Counted from the first letter of the stretch, positions 1-12,363 are shown. The stretch: 64,000 bases of DNA from Octopus sinensis (GCF_006345805.1 NC_043007.1:32178001-32242000); one strand, 5' to 3'. The notes: generated by a model from the letters alone, not told the origin. Numbers and translations are program-made.

Positions 1-3000
1 AACCAAAGTTCCGTTTCTAGTAGCTCTCTTCAGCCAACACAGGCTCCTAGTAGCTCTGTATATTCTCCACAAGGATCAGTCAGTTCTAGTTACAATATAC
101 AAGATTCTATTTACTCAATGCAAAGATCTAGCAATTCCTCCTATCCAGGACAAATGTCAGGAGGTTCTGTTCATCCTGCTCAGGTGTCAGGGGGCTCTAT
201 ACACCCGGCACAGGTGTCAGGTGCTTCTGCACACCCTGCACAGGTGTCAGGTGCTTCTGCACACCCTGCTCAGGTGTCAGGTGCTTCCACACACCTTGCA
301 CAGGTGCCAGGAAGTTCTGTACAACCTGTTATGGTGTCAGGTACTTCCACACACCCTGCAAAGGTATTAGGTACTCCTGTACGCCCAGCTATGATGCCAG
401 GCAACTCCGCACACCTAGCACAGGTGTCAAGTAGCTCTGCACACCTGGCACAGGTGTCAGGCAGCTCTGCACACCCTGCACAGGTGTCAGGCAGTTCTGC
501 ACACCCTGCACAGGTGTCAGGCGGCTCCACACTCCTTGCACAGGTGTCAGCCGGCTCCACACAACCTGTACAGGTGTCAGGTAGTTCTCCATACCCTGCA
601 CAGGTGTCAGGCAGCTCTGCACACCCTGCACAGGTGTCAAGTGGCTCTGTACACTTTGCACAGGTGTCAGGCAGTTCTGCACACCTTGTACAAATGTTGG
701 GTAATACTACCCAGGTGCTAGGCAATTCTGTTAACTCTACTCCAGTCGCTTGTAGCTCTGCCAGTTCTTTACAGATGTCAGATAATGTATCACAGCTTTC
801 CCAAGTATCAGGCAGTTCTGTGCATCCATCACAACTATCAGACAACGCTGTGCATCTATCACAAATGGCTGCCAGCTCGGTGCATTTACCACAAGGATGT
901 AGTAATTCTACTTCGTCAGCACAGATATCTGATAGCTCTCATGTAACACACCTACCCAGTGGCTCTGTGGATCCTCTGCTGGTTCCTGGTAGTTCTTCCC
1001 ACATCATGCAGAAACCAGCTAGTTCTACTCACCTTTTACAAGCCTCAAACACTTCTGCACATGTGTCATCGGTTTCACATTTGAGCACAGTTGGGCCTCA
1101 ACTGCATGGTACTTCTGGAAAGCCACTAGCTGCAAATTATACACCCACTGCACCAGTTCCAGTAAGCTCTGGTAAACAAAGCTTGAATAATCCTGTTGCT
1201 CCAGCAAGAACTGCCTCGGACCCCACTAAGTTACGGAGCCCCTATGGGAATGCTAACTTTATGAAATTGAACCAAGTGTCTAGTAGTAGTTCTGAAAGTC
1301 GGGGTCTGAAAACTAATAACTTGTTGTCACACAGTCAGGGTACAACAAGCTCTTATAAAGATTCAACCAATCTCAGCAAAACAGAACAGACTGTCGACAG
1401 TGTTACTAACACTGCTTTTATTTCCAGTAACACTTCTCCGGTTGAAAGACCTGTTAGTAGTCTCCCCAATATAAGCCAGGTTATTGAGGAGTCATTGAAT
1501 ACTAACATGATTTCAGATGCTTGCAGGAAAGATAATAGTTCAAACTCGTGTAAAAAAGTCAAGCCATCTACTGAGGTTTCTAACACTTTTCAAGCTTCAT
1601 CTAGTTCTCTCCCCAACCAAACAATTGAAAATGTTTCAAAATTAAATTATATTTCCGGGAATGTAGTTAAAACTGACAAAATGTATGGCAGTTCTTTAAA
1701 ACCTGAACAGTTACCATCAAGTCTTGTCACAAATGTACAGGCACCCAATAACTCTCGAAAGACTAGTGAAATGTCTGGAAATTCCAAAACTGATCAGATG
1801 GTGGCTGGTTACAGTGGATTTGGTCAAATATCTAATACTGCTCTGAAGACTGGTGTAGTGGAAAGCACTTTACCTGGTAACATTGTAAAACCTTCAACAG
1901 CTGACAATTCTAAGAAACCTGAAACTACACTGGGAAGTAATGACAATTCCATGAACACTGCCTCTGTAAGTACCAATTCTTCGAGAACTGGTCAGTTGTT
2001 TGGCAACACTGGAAAGACAGATTATGTCACAGGAAGTTCTATGAAAGTGGAGAAAGTGACTGGTGATCCTTTAAAGGCAGTAAGTCAGAGTAAAATGGGC
2101 CAAGTGTGTAGCACAACTAACAGATCTGTTAACCAACATCCAGCTTCTATGTTTTCTTCAAATAACGACCAAGCATCCGTTTCTTCATCGCGAATTAGTC
2201 AGAATCGAAGATGTTCCAGCTCTTTCAAACCAGATGAAGTTTCTGGCAACTCCTTTCGGAATGAGAATTCTTTGACTAGTTCAACTGAAAATTTTCTCGT
2301 TACTGCCAGTTCAGCTGTAAGTTGTCAGGTATCAGCCAGTTCAGTAAGTGGAAGCCACACAGTTAGTGAAGCACATACAGCAAGCTCAACTCAGAACAGC
2401 CAGGTTACTGCTAGTTCCATTGACCATGGTCAGGTGTCGGCCAGTTCTACTGAAAGCCATCAGCTTTTAGATAACAGCCAAGTTAGTGGCAGTGATCATG
2501 TTACAGCCAGTTCTAATGAAAAGAATCAAGTTTCTGCAAGTTCTTCTGCTAGTCTCGTGGGCAGCACTCAGGTTAGTTGTACAGACACTAACAGCAACCA
2601 TGCTAGTTCATCGGCTACCTCATCTGAAAATTGCCAAGTCACTGCCAGTTGCACTGAAAACATTCAGAATGTTGTTAGCTCAATGAGTGTGGACCAAGAA
2701 AGCAGCCAAGATGTTGCTACATCGTCAGCAAACAGTTTATTGGAAGATGGTTTTGGAAATTGTGATGCATCCGACATTTCTGCTTCAACCACAACGTTTG
2801 GCAATGAAATCACTAACAACCAAGGCATATCAAGTTCTACTGAATTTGAAAATCAGTTTGATGTGCAGCACTTGTCGAGTATTGATGTTAATTCTGCTGA
2901 AAGTTCAGAAGCCACTTGCAGGTCAGTGAAGGACATAGGACAGGCGTCAAGTTCTAGTCAGTCTGACTTGAGAAAAACGGAAAAAAATCAAGCAACTTCT

Positions 3001-3326
3001 ACAACTGCTATTGCATCATCGGATTGTTCTGAACAAGCTAAATTAATTAACTCTGGCTCTCCTTCAGAACCGACATCTAGTTCTACCGAAAACTCTCAAA
3101 TTAGTTCCAATATAAAAGAAGAATCAGCAGAAGCTAGGGTTGAAACAGCAATGGAGGTTTCAAGTGTCGAAGAAGCAGATTCAGCAACTACTAGTGCTGA
3201 AACTACAAAACCTAAAGCAAATGGGACCACACCTTGTCCACCAGTTGTAACAACAACAGAGAAAAGTAGTTCATCTAGCCGTAAAGATCACGCCAGTGAG
3301 ACTGTGGATCATGACGACCATGAACA
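1..3326 (+). CDS. PHF10: PHF10 giant N-terminal low-complexity exon (Ser/Gln/Thr-rich); 5' end lies outside the window
   Basis: The frame is open from base 1 (NQSSVSSSSLQ...) through the 1070-aa ORF. It ends at ...CATGAACA|GTAAGT (phase-2 donor at 3327), which joins in frame to the SAY-domain exon at 6874. Confidence 0.8.
150..700 (+). repeat. Coding 30-bp minisatellite encoding the 10-aa repeat AQVSGSSAHP (about 18 units, degenerating to about 1080)
   Basis: Unit CACACCCTGCACAGGTGTCAGGCAGCTCTG repeats with period 30. Confidence 0.95.
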
Positions 3327-3818
3327 GTAAGTACTTTGGTTTTTTTTTTTTTGGTTTTTTTATCATTTTCACTATATCTGTTTTGTTATTTTTTACTTGG
3401 TAATTTTTTTTTCGTATGGCTTTGTCTGAAGCAAAGTGTGGTGATTTGCTGCAGTTGTTTGGACATTCGACCTTTTTTGATGACAGTATTTTTTGGCACT
3501 GGAGGCAAACACACACACATGCATGTGTGCAGAGATATACATGCACAGGTAGAAAGAGTGAGAGAGTAGGGGAAATTGAGAAATTACAATTTATTGATTG
3601 AACATGATTGACTTAAGGACTTTCCCTCTCTTTATGCACACAAAGAGAAATATGTTCATACAGAGAAGGGGAAGGAGAGAGAACAAGAAACGAAAGTGAG
3701 TGATGCCAAATAAGTTGGCAACACAAAGTAGGCAATACCAAAACATTTCGTACCTGTCTAAAATATGACCCATGACCATTGTAAACACTACCGGCCTTGT
3801 TAAGTTGATGCTTACAGA

Positions 3819-3975
3819 CAGGGGCAGACTGAGAATATTAAGGGCCCTTGGACATAACTGTTCACCGGGCCCCTTAGCATTGATATCAAAGAGATTTAAA
3901 ATGTAGAGTGCGGGACCCTCAGAGCTGCAGGCCCTCGGGCAGTGCCCGATTGACTGACAGCTCCATCCACCCCTG
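3819..3975. mobile_element. Short hAT-like MITE
   Basis: Ends CAGGGGCAGACT...TCCACCCCTG; flanks CTTACAGA/TCTACAGA form an imperfect 8-bp TSD. Confidence 0.5.
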
Positions 3976-5319
3976 TCTACAGAAAAATTTGTGGGGGTGA
4001 TTCCAGAGGGTTGGTGGTTTAGGGAAGGAGGATTAAGAAAAAAAAGCTGAATGAGGTGAGACAGTAGGAGTGTTACTAAGAGACAAGTCGAAATGGAGAT
4101 GACATCTAAGAAGTTTAGAGCAATAATGTCCATTATTGAAGAAATAGAATAGGCAGAGAGGGTAGTGTGAGGTCAGTCAATCTGGTGTCCCTCTCTTAGA
4201 TATTTCTGTCTGCAGCAACAATGACCCAAATGTAGAAGTAGCACTCTGTTGCGGGTTTTGTATTTTGTAGTGTGTAAGCAACTGGTCAAGCCTCAAATAT
4301 TATCTGGCCCTGAAGTTAATTTTTGAGTAAATAGTGTATGTATTTGAACCTCACAGAGGAGATGACAAAAGTCCAGGGTGACTTGTGATATGTTGTTCAG
4401 GGGCAGACCTGCCTTACTCAGCAAAACTAAGGTCTGGAAGAGTTGTGTGTGTAATGCTCAAGTGGGCCCTTTGCACAATTTCCCCCTCAAGACATCCTCA
4501 CCATTTTTCTTTTCTCTAAATGTTGCTTTTCCTTGATGCCACTAATCTCTCTTGCTACCTGAAAGCATTTCACTTCAAACGCATCCCTTTTTTCTTAATA
4601 CTGTCCTCATTTAATTTTCTCCCTCACCATACGTCTCTCACTCTCCCTATGCACTATGCCTGCCTCTCTTTCACCCACACACTCGCAACCTATCCAACCA
4701 CTCATCATTCCCTCTTTTTTTCCTCTGTCTACTGTATCATCATTATTCTTCTGCTATTCTTCATCCCTGTGCATCATTAGTCACCTCCACTCGTTATCCA
4801 TCATTCGCTACAGATACAAGTTTAAAAGAAAGCGACTGCCCAGGAGAAAATTTCCCAGCAATAAAACTTGCTCAAAAAGATCAAATGTTCAAGAGGTTTC
4901 ATAGGAAAATTACATGATGAAAATTCTAGGAATTAATAAGTTTCACAGTAAAAGGAAACAATGAAAGTTCAAATGATCAATAACAATTATACATGATGGA
5001 ATTGTCAAAGTTCAGTAGGTTTCAAAGCAATAAGTTATGGTAGCAATTAGACATGAAGATTTATAAAAAAAAAAAAGAAAAAATTTAATGTTCTGTTCTG
5101 TATGAAAGAGAATTATTTGTCATTTGTTTTGCTGGTGGCAGCTTGAACTATGTTCAAAGCTGATATTGTTTTGTCCAACCTGAGCTAGCACGGAAAAAGG
5201 ACATTAAACAATGATGCTGCTGATGATGATGATGTTTTAAGACATAGGATCAAGTCCTGATTGGCTCCTTACTCAAAGACTTCATTTGTTTTTGTCTTCT
5301 CATGGCCTGTATATAAGAA

Positions 5320-5624
5320 GCACTCTGTCGGTTGCGACAACGAGGGTCCCAGCTGATACAATCAAAAGAACAGGCTTGCTCTTGAAATTAACGCGCAAGT
5401 GGCTGAGCACTCCACAGACACGTGTACCGACACAGAGTGTGACAAAGCTGGCCCTTTCAAATACAATGAAATACAAGTAATACTCATTTTTACCAGCTGA
5501 GTGAACTGGAGCAACGTAAAATAAAGTGTCTTGCTCAAGCACACAAAACGCATCGCCAGGAATTGAACTCATGACCTTACGATCGTGAGCCAAATGCCCT
5601 AACCACTAAGCCATGCGCCTTCAC
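5320..5624 (-). mobile_element. tRNA-derived SINE, family C
   Basis: A- and B-box-like head on the minus strand. Its tail (GTGCTCAGCCAC...CGACGGAGTGC type) is shared with 44430-44804. Confidence 0.7.
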
Positions 5625-5628
5625 AGTC

Positions 5629-5655
<27 letters not shown>

Positions 5656-5668
<13 letters not shown>

Positions 5669-5851
5669 TTCGAGACAAAACCACTATTTTGCAAAACAAA
5701 CAAGGAAAGACTTAATCAATACATAAAAATTTTAATATAAAGAAATAAAAGTGGTGGTTTATTTCTTTATATTAAAATTTTTATGTATTGATTAAGTCTT
5801 TCCTTGTTTGTTTTGCAAAATAGTGGTTTTGTCTCGAATTAATATTATATA
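5656..5851. repeat. Perfect 94-bp inverted repeat with an 8-nt loop, between (TA)n tracts
   Basis: 5656-5749 is the exact reverse complement of 5758-5851. Confidence 0.95.
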
Positions 5852-6630
5852 ATATTTTACTGTAAAATTGGATTTAATCCTAAATCTGATTTTTTTCCCT
5901 GTAAATTTGGATTTATTCCCTAATATTTATTATTATATATATATATATATCTTGATTGAGTGAGTGAAGGATGAATGGGTCATATGATTGATCAGTTGCA
6001 GGATTCATTAGAATCTATGTATATGAAATATGTAGGATGGCAGGATTGGCTGGGTGTGTAGCATTGAGCTTACAGTACATTGAAGCAACATGTTGTCATT
6101 TGTTGGAAGTATGCATGTATACATACTTATGTAATATATACACATATGCACAAAGGCATCCAATCTAATATAAACCATAGATCCGACCCAGGGATGGTTC
6201 CAAGTGCAGCATATGTATAAAAGAACCCAAGTGTTTCGTGTGTTCTTCTTTATCTGTCTACTATATGCTTGTGAAAAGGGCAGATGTTGTCTCAAAAGCA
6301 GTTGTGCAGGAAAAAGTGTTAGTAAATGTGGTCGGATTGACCTGAAAATGTGCACACCTATGTTGAAAATGCTGGGGAGATTGCATGGCAACTTTGAGTT
6401 TGCTCAATTGAAAAGCGTGGCCTCTAGGGCAAAATTCCTCATCTTGAAAATGTGGCCCGAGTAGACCCGAATGAAATCGGATTATAATACTAGTACAACG
6501 ACCTTGAACCCACAAGAGTAAACAAGGGAGACAGAGACAGGCAGAAACAAGGAAAATGCCCCTTGTATTTGAACACTATACAAATATTCTTTTAAAAAAA
6601 CTTTTCTTTTAATTTTTCTAAATTTAATTG

Positions 6631-6672
6631 TTACAGTTGAAAAAGTCTCAATGACTGAAACTGGTACTGAAA
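6631..6672 (+). ncRNA. Variant or degenerate minimal type I hammerhead ribozyme (Penelope-type)
   Basis: Reads ttacag-TTGAAAA-agtc(tcaat)gact-GAAAC-tg-GTA-ctgaaa. Stems I and II pair; the core has U3/A8 instead of C3/G8. Confidence 0.5.
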
Positions 6673-6873
6673 TGTTCTTTATAAAATTATTTTAGCATTT
6701 TCTATCTTGACTTTTTTTTCCATATATATATATATATATTTGTATTCAATAACATGCATCAAAAGTAGTAATTTTAGGGATTGAAAATAATATTTTTAAT
6801 CTGTCAAATTGTATAAAATATGATTCGATTGTATTCATGCCATTGTCACTGAATTATTTTCTCTTTTTTTAAG

Positions 6874-6998
6874 TCATGCCTTCCTTCCTGATCAACTTTT
6901 TGAGTACCAATGGCCAGATATGAGTAGCGAGTGGTACATACTGCAAGAGCAAGTCAGTGAATACTTGACTGTTAAATCATTTAAACGAAAATATCCAG
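6874..6998 (+). CDS. PHF10: PHF10 exon, start of SAY domain ([41 protein letters not shown])
   Basis: AG/GT boundaries, phase 2 to 1. Matches the recalled PHF10 motif EYxWP...[17 protein letters not shown]. Confidence 0.95.
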
Positions 6999-7283
6999 GT
7001 AAGAGGATATGTTGTATTTGAAATAGTATTTTAAAAATCAAGAATATACCTTTGTGAACAAATTCATTTTTAAATATATACCTACTCAAATGAGGATTTC
7101 GTTTAATCAAACAAAAATGTTGATATTTTAGTTTTTAAACTTTGGTTTAGATTATTTTTATATAAAGGGATTAATGAAAAATAATGGTGAAATTTTATGA
7201 ATAGATTTTTCTTTTCTTTTCTTTTTTTTTTGTATAGTTTGACTTGAATTTAAAAAATTTATTTATTTATTTTTGATTTCTAG

Positions 7284-7367
7284 ATCTGAAAAGACGGCCT
7301 GCAGAAATGAAAGAAAAGGAATTCTTGAGAGAACGTGGTGTAGTTACTGAAACCCAGTGTGATCTTG
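7284..7367 (+). CDS. PHF10: PHF10 exon (DLKRRPAEMKEKEFLRERGVVTETQCDL)
   Basis: TAG acceptor and GTAAAA donor, phase 1 to 1; matches PHF10 DLERR...TETQCTLG. Confidence 0.95.
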
Positions 7368-7394
7368 GTAAAAACCGTTTTAAAATTCCATTTG

Positions 7395-7748
7395 CTTATT
7401 AACATACAACGCCAGTGCCGCCTCGACTGGCTTCTGTGCCGGTGGCACATAAAAAGCACCATCCGAACGTGGCCGATGCCAGCGCCGCCTTGACTGGCTT
7501 CCGTGCCGCTGGCACGTTAAAAGCACCAACCAATCGTGGCCGATGCCATACTCCCCTGGCACCTGTGCCGGTGGCACGTAAAAAGCACCCACTACACTCG
7601 CGGAGTGGTTAGCGTTAGGAAGGGCATCCAGCTGTAGAAACAATGTGCCAGATCAGACTGGAGCCTGGTGCAGCCCCTGGCTTCCCAGACCCCAGTTGAA
7701 CCATCCAACCCACGCTAGCACGGAAAACGGACGTTAAACGATGATGAT
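7395..7748 (+). mobile_element. RTE-LINE 3'-end-derived repeat with (ATG)n tail
   Basis: Same sequence as the LINE 3' end at 17648-17900. Other copies at about 8270-8436(+), 21272-21460(-), 40607-40925(-), 47090-47380(-), 47830-48000(-), 56440-56760(-), 57890-58436(+) and 63656-64000(-). Confidence 0.85.
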
Positions 7749-8023
7749 ACAACATGTTGAGCTGAAGTTTGTTGTTGAGCAGTATCTCCAGTTCTTGTGT
7801 CAGGGGAGTTACTTTACTCATTTATAACCAACTGAGCTGCATTCAGAGAATGAAATCTGAAATAATCCCTGCTTTCGAAACAATTGAATATGATAAACTG
7901 CTACTGCTGTCAATCAGTTGTAATTCAGTATGTAATGGTTTCAACTATCAAATTTAGGGAATGAATTTAACCTTTTACAATTTAGGTTACTCTGTCAAAT
8001 GTAAGGATTATTTATGCACATTG

Positions 8024-8170
8024 TTGGGCCTTACAGAGCCGGGGTAACTGAGTTCTTTTTGTGCGGGCCCCATGGAGGCAAGGTGGCTGAGTTCCTTTTA
8101 AGTGTTGGGCCTCATGGAGGCAAAGTGGTTGAGTTCCTTTTGAGTGTTGGGCCTCATGGAGGCAATGGCC
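8024..8170 (+). repeat. About 39-40-bp tandem repeat (GTTGGGCCTCATGGAGGCAAGGTGGCTGAGTTCCTTTTGAGT-like), LINE 3'UTR-associated
   Basis: Three to four visible units; a related unit occurs at about 55290-55345. Confidence 0.75.
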
Positions 8171-9014
8171 AAGACCTTTGGCATTATGTTGTGCTTGAGA
8201 AGTAGAACCATCAAGCTGTGCAAAATCACAGTCGTGGCAGATACCAGTGTCACGCAAATGACATGTAAAGGCTCCCATTACACGCTTGGAGTGGTTGGCA
8301 TCAGGAAGGGCATTTGGCCGTAGAAAACCATACCAAATCAGACTGGAGTCTGGTGCAGCCTTCTAGTGTGCCAGCCTAGTCAAACCGTTCAACCCATGCC
8401 AGCATGGACAATGGATGTTAAATGATGATGATGATGTTTGTTATGAATTAACCATCGTTATTTTGTAGCCTCAAGATTTCAGTGATGTGATTGCTTATTT
8501 CTTTAATGCTGTTGTAGGGTAGGTGTGAGAAACTGCAATTGGCCAGTTTTGAACACAAAGCAAGTACAATATTTGGGCTGGATATGGTCGATTTAAATGC
8601 TAATGGGTTGATATAATATTAAAAACTTTAGACTAAAAACAAAACTATTTATACAATGAGAAATTCTATCCACTCACTATAAACTCTTCCAATACTAATT
8701 ATATCATCTCATCATCGTTATTTGGCCAAGCTTATTTAGATTTATCTGACTTGACCACATTACCCATCAGAATCTACATAGCATTTGGGAGATTAATAGA
8801 ACAACATTGCATTTATAGAGAGCTCACCCATGAAGAGTTTTGCTTGTCAACTGGGGTGTTTTTCATTCAGAAAAGTATTGTATATCGCATAGATGTCATT
8901 TATATTGTTTTTGTTTATACTGCAATTATAAGTTTCACATTTCTTGTTATACTATCGTTAATTTGCTAATTACCAAATAGATTTACATTTTCAATTTATT
9001 CTATTCTTCTACAG

Positions 9015-9082
9015 GATTAACCGCCCTAAGATGTGAAGAAGTATATGATTTGATGTTGAGAGATTATCCTGAGAAATATCAG
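9015..9082 (+). CDS. PHF10: PHF10 exon (GLTALRCEEVYDLMLRDYPEKYQ)
   Basis: CAG acceptor and GTGTGT donor, phase 1 to 0; matches GLTALRSDEVIDLM. Confidence 0.95.
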
Positions 9083-9482
9083 GTGTGTTATATAATTCTT
9101 GATTTAAAGCCAACATTTTTGAGTTCAAATTATTGATCTTTGTGTTTTCTAATTTCAGATATTTTTAAAAAAATTAGTTTCCTTTCACTTTATTGTTTCA
9201 TTTCTTTATAAATACACCGTAGATTACATTTTCAATTGTAACTATGTTGTGAATCTGAGAATGTTAACTTAGAAGATATAAAAGGGTCTGCATTCAAAGA
9301 ATGCGAAATATACTGACAAAACTAAATTACCTAACAAGACACAAATATCTTGTCATAAATTCTCAAGAAATACTCTTGTAAAAAATATCAAAATATGTTA
9401 TATATTATTTGTATAGTCAAAATTTATTGTGTAGATTAAAGAAATAGGTTTCCATGAAACTGCTCCTGGGGTTGGGTTAGAC

Positions 9483-9678
9483 CAGTGTTTCTCAACCTTT
9501 TTACCCTTGCGTAACCCTTAAAATAAATTACATGTCTCAAGGAACCCCTGCACAAAAAAAAATTATATACCATATCTTTCTCATATTTTTTTCATCGTAG
9601 TTCACATGGTAAATATCATATATATATATATATGATATTTCTCACTCTTTCTTGCGGAACCCCGGTTGAGAAATGCTG
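9483..9678. mobile_element. hAT/Charlie-like MITE
   Basis: TIR CAGTGTTTCTCAACC...GGTTGAGAAATGCTG; TSD GGTTAGAC/GTTTAGAC. Confidence 0.8.
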
Positions 9679-9752
9679 GTTTAGACAGTTGATTCATCAT
9701 TTGAATCTGTAATATGATTGATTGGTTTTAATCGTTTTATATTATTTAATAG

Positions 9753-9821
9753 GAATTCGCTTCAATTCTCCATGAACGGGAACGACAGTCTATTAATGAG
9801 AAGCACAAAGGTTATGAAGTG
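9753..9821 (+). CDS. PHF10: PHF10 exon (EFASILHERERQSINEKHKGYEV)
   Basis: TAG acceptor and GTAAGC donor, 69 nt, phase 0 to 0; matches EYSVILQEKERQRI. Confidence 0.93.
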
Positions 9822-10685
9822 GTAAGCATTTAATATTCCTTTTTTTTATTATTGAATTAACTCAATAAGATCTGTGCATATATCTTCATGGAAATACATG
9901 TCTTTATACATACTTATATGTAAGTCTTTCAAATCTTGTAACGATAATAGCAGATATTGGTCTTTACATCAATGCTTCAAAGACTGGATACGTCAGAAGG
10001 GTTCAGTAAACACAATCAAACAAAGCCCTTTAAACCCCTTTGTATACTATAAGGTAATGTTGTGTCCAATGAATTGAATGTAAAAATTTATCTCACAAAA
10101 GCATGGATTGTTCTTGATTGCTTTGGTGTTAGCTGGAAGTCTTGAAAGAAGCTTCTTCTATTGCAACTGGAACCAGTGCTGTTGTATGGGTCCAGTGCTT
10201 AAACATTTGCTAAACAGCTGGAGGTGAGGCTTGATATTACTCAATGCTTGCATCTTACGGCCTAATTTTTAATACCTTGTGGATAAAGCCTCTAACGAAA
10301 GACTATATGGCAGTCATTTTATAACCACTAAAGTCATTAAGGAGAGAGACATTCATTTTGGAGAACATTGCTGAAGAACTAAGCAAGAACATGCTACACT
10401 TCTGTGCATACTCTGATACATGGATATATACAGGTCATCCAGTAAATAGCCTTCATTGACCAACTCTCAACAGACACAAGATGTTGCCCTGCTGACCTGT
10501 CTCCCATGATCGGAAGTACTGGAATTGGGTTGTCTGACTAAACCCTTTAAGGCTGTGCTCCCAAGATCTGCATGTTTAGTAATATTTGGCTATCAGTAAA
10601 CAGCTATCATATGTACTTAGGGTTTTATTTTTTATATTTTATCACTCAGCAGTTCTTAAGTTTGCCTGTCATTTTTTTTTTTCAG

Positions 10686-10817
10686 CCTCCTAAGCTTGAA
10701 AAGAGCAAGATGGCTGATTATGTAAGGAAAGCAATGAGATCAGCTTCGGAGTTTAATAGCCAGTTTCAGCGAGAAAGAAGAGAGGAGAGAAGGGCATATT
10801 TTGACTTGCAAACTATG
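10686..10817 (+). CDS. PHF10: PHF10 exon ([44 protein letters not shown])
   Basis: CAG acceptor and GTAAGT donor, 132 nt; contains the hallmark [11 protein letters not shown]. Confidence 0.97.
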
Positions 10818-11239
10818 GTAAGTTTTTGGGATTCTGAAACTGCTTTCATTAACTGTGACTGTATTATAAGAAGGCAGGGCAATAAATGAATGAGTTAACC
10901 ATTTACTTCACGCTTCCTGACTCTGCGGATGAACCAGTAAATAACTAGAAGTGATGGGATGGGATGAGAGATTCAAACTTGATTGTATATGAGGCTTGTG
11001 AATCACTTCTGAGCATAATGATTTTTCTGATTGTCATAAAATTAAAAGTTAGTAAGAAAGGAGTATATCTGGTTCAACATCAGTATGTGATTTGTATATA
11101 TCTTCTCAATTTTTGTTGTTATTGCTAAATTAATATTTTAAAATCTAGCATAAAGAATTATGTCATTCCATAAAGATTTCTCTAAGTAATAAATATTCTT
11201 GATAAAATTGACTATTGTGAAACTTATATTTCAAACAAG

Positions 11240-11349
11240 GTTATCCACTATCCTGCTCACAAATATCCAAAACTGGAAACTGCTTGTGCGAAAGTACCTG
11301 CTTATCCTGTTAGCTTGATTCCAGGGCAATACCAAGAATTCTACAAAAA
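11240..11349 (+). CDS. PHF10: PHF10 exon (VIHYPAHKYPKLETACAKVPAYPVSLIPGQYQEFYK)
   Basis: AAG acceptor and GTTTGT donor, phase 0 to 2; matches YPVALIPGQFQEYYK. Confidence 0.95.
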
Positions 11350-12363
11350 GTTTGTATTTTTTCTTTTTCTTTCAAATTTCAAATTTTTAATGATTTGCTT
11401 TTCCTAAACATCAAAACTCCTCATGTTGGAAATCTGTATAAAGATTATTCATAAAAAACTAATTGCTAAGAACAAATTAGTATTCTGATTAAAATAATTT
11501 CTAGTTTTGGTGTTAATCTCGCTCTGCGTTAACTGGCTAGGAATCTTCATAGGTTAAATAATATGTATTCTGCAAAGTTGTATTATGTTGAGTTGGATAC
11601 TTTACAACTTTCCATGAAAGAAATATGACAGTGTGTGTGTGTGTGAATTTTAATTTTATAAAATTCTTTATTTTCAAAAATTTACTTCCTTTCCAAGCTC
11701 AAGCCAGTGGGATTAGACTGAGGGGACAGTGTAACAATTTTCCCATTCTGTGACAGTAGGCCCCCTCATCTGGGATGCCACATGCTGTGGCACCTTCTCC
11801 AGCAGTAACTTGGTGTTGTCAGCTATCAGCCCAGGCTCCGCTACTTGTCAAATTGAGAAAAAGAAAAACTGTTACGGTATTGGTCGCTCTCTGACAGGCT
11901 TATGGTTGAGCATCTGGCCTTCTTGGCCCGTAAACCATATATATCCCTGCTCACCACTACCAGGACAGAGATTACTGTCCACAGGTTCAAGCCGTGCAAG
12001 TTAGAGTGGCTGTTCCAGTGCATTTCCCTCACCATCCTCCAGAGCACTGCCTTTTCCATTTTATCTGCTGGTGCCTTGAGAAATGTCTATATTGTGAGAG
12101 GCAAGATCTCCATTAACTATTTACTTATGACATTAAGCCCTAAGTCTTATAAATAATCTGTGGCCAGCCACTATTTTCATGCAGTTAGGTACCTATACAT
12201 ATTAGCCAACAGCAAAGCTTCTACGTGGTCAGAGGATGTGCTAGGAATAAAAGATAATAAGTAACAACTAAAATGACTTAGTATAGTTTTGAGACAAAAA
12301 GACAAAAAAAAACCTGCCTTAGATTTTGTTATGTTGTTTTTCAAACCTCATGCTCATATATCA

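Noticed and set aside
150-700. Regular repeat array that could be taken for a CRISPR
   Set aside because: The units are contiguous with no unique spacers, lie in a eukaryotic exon, and no cas genes are present.
270-845. 191-aa Cys-rich antisense ORF (DTCAGCAELP)n resembling a metallothionein or keratin-associated protein
   Set aside because: It is the reverse-strand shadow of the stop-free 30-bp coding repeat and has no independent gene signals.
3980-6570. Possible GIY-YIG/Penelope coding remnants on the minus strand (about 4000-4300 and 6250-6500)
   Set aside because: Only fragmentary motif hints with stops and frameshifts; not supportable without a profile search.
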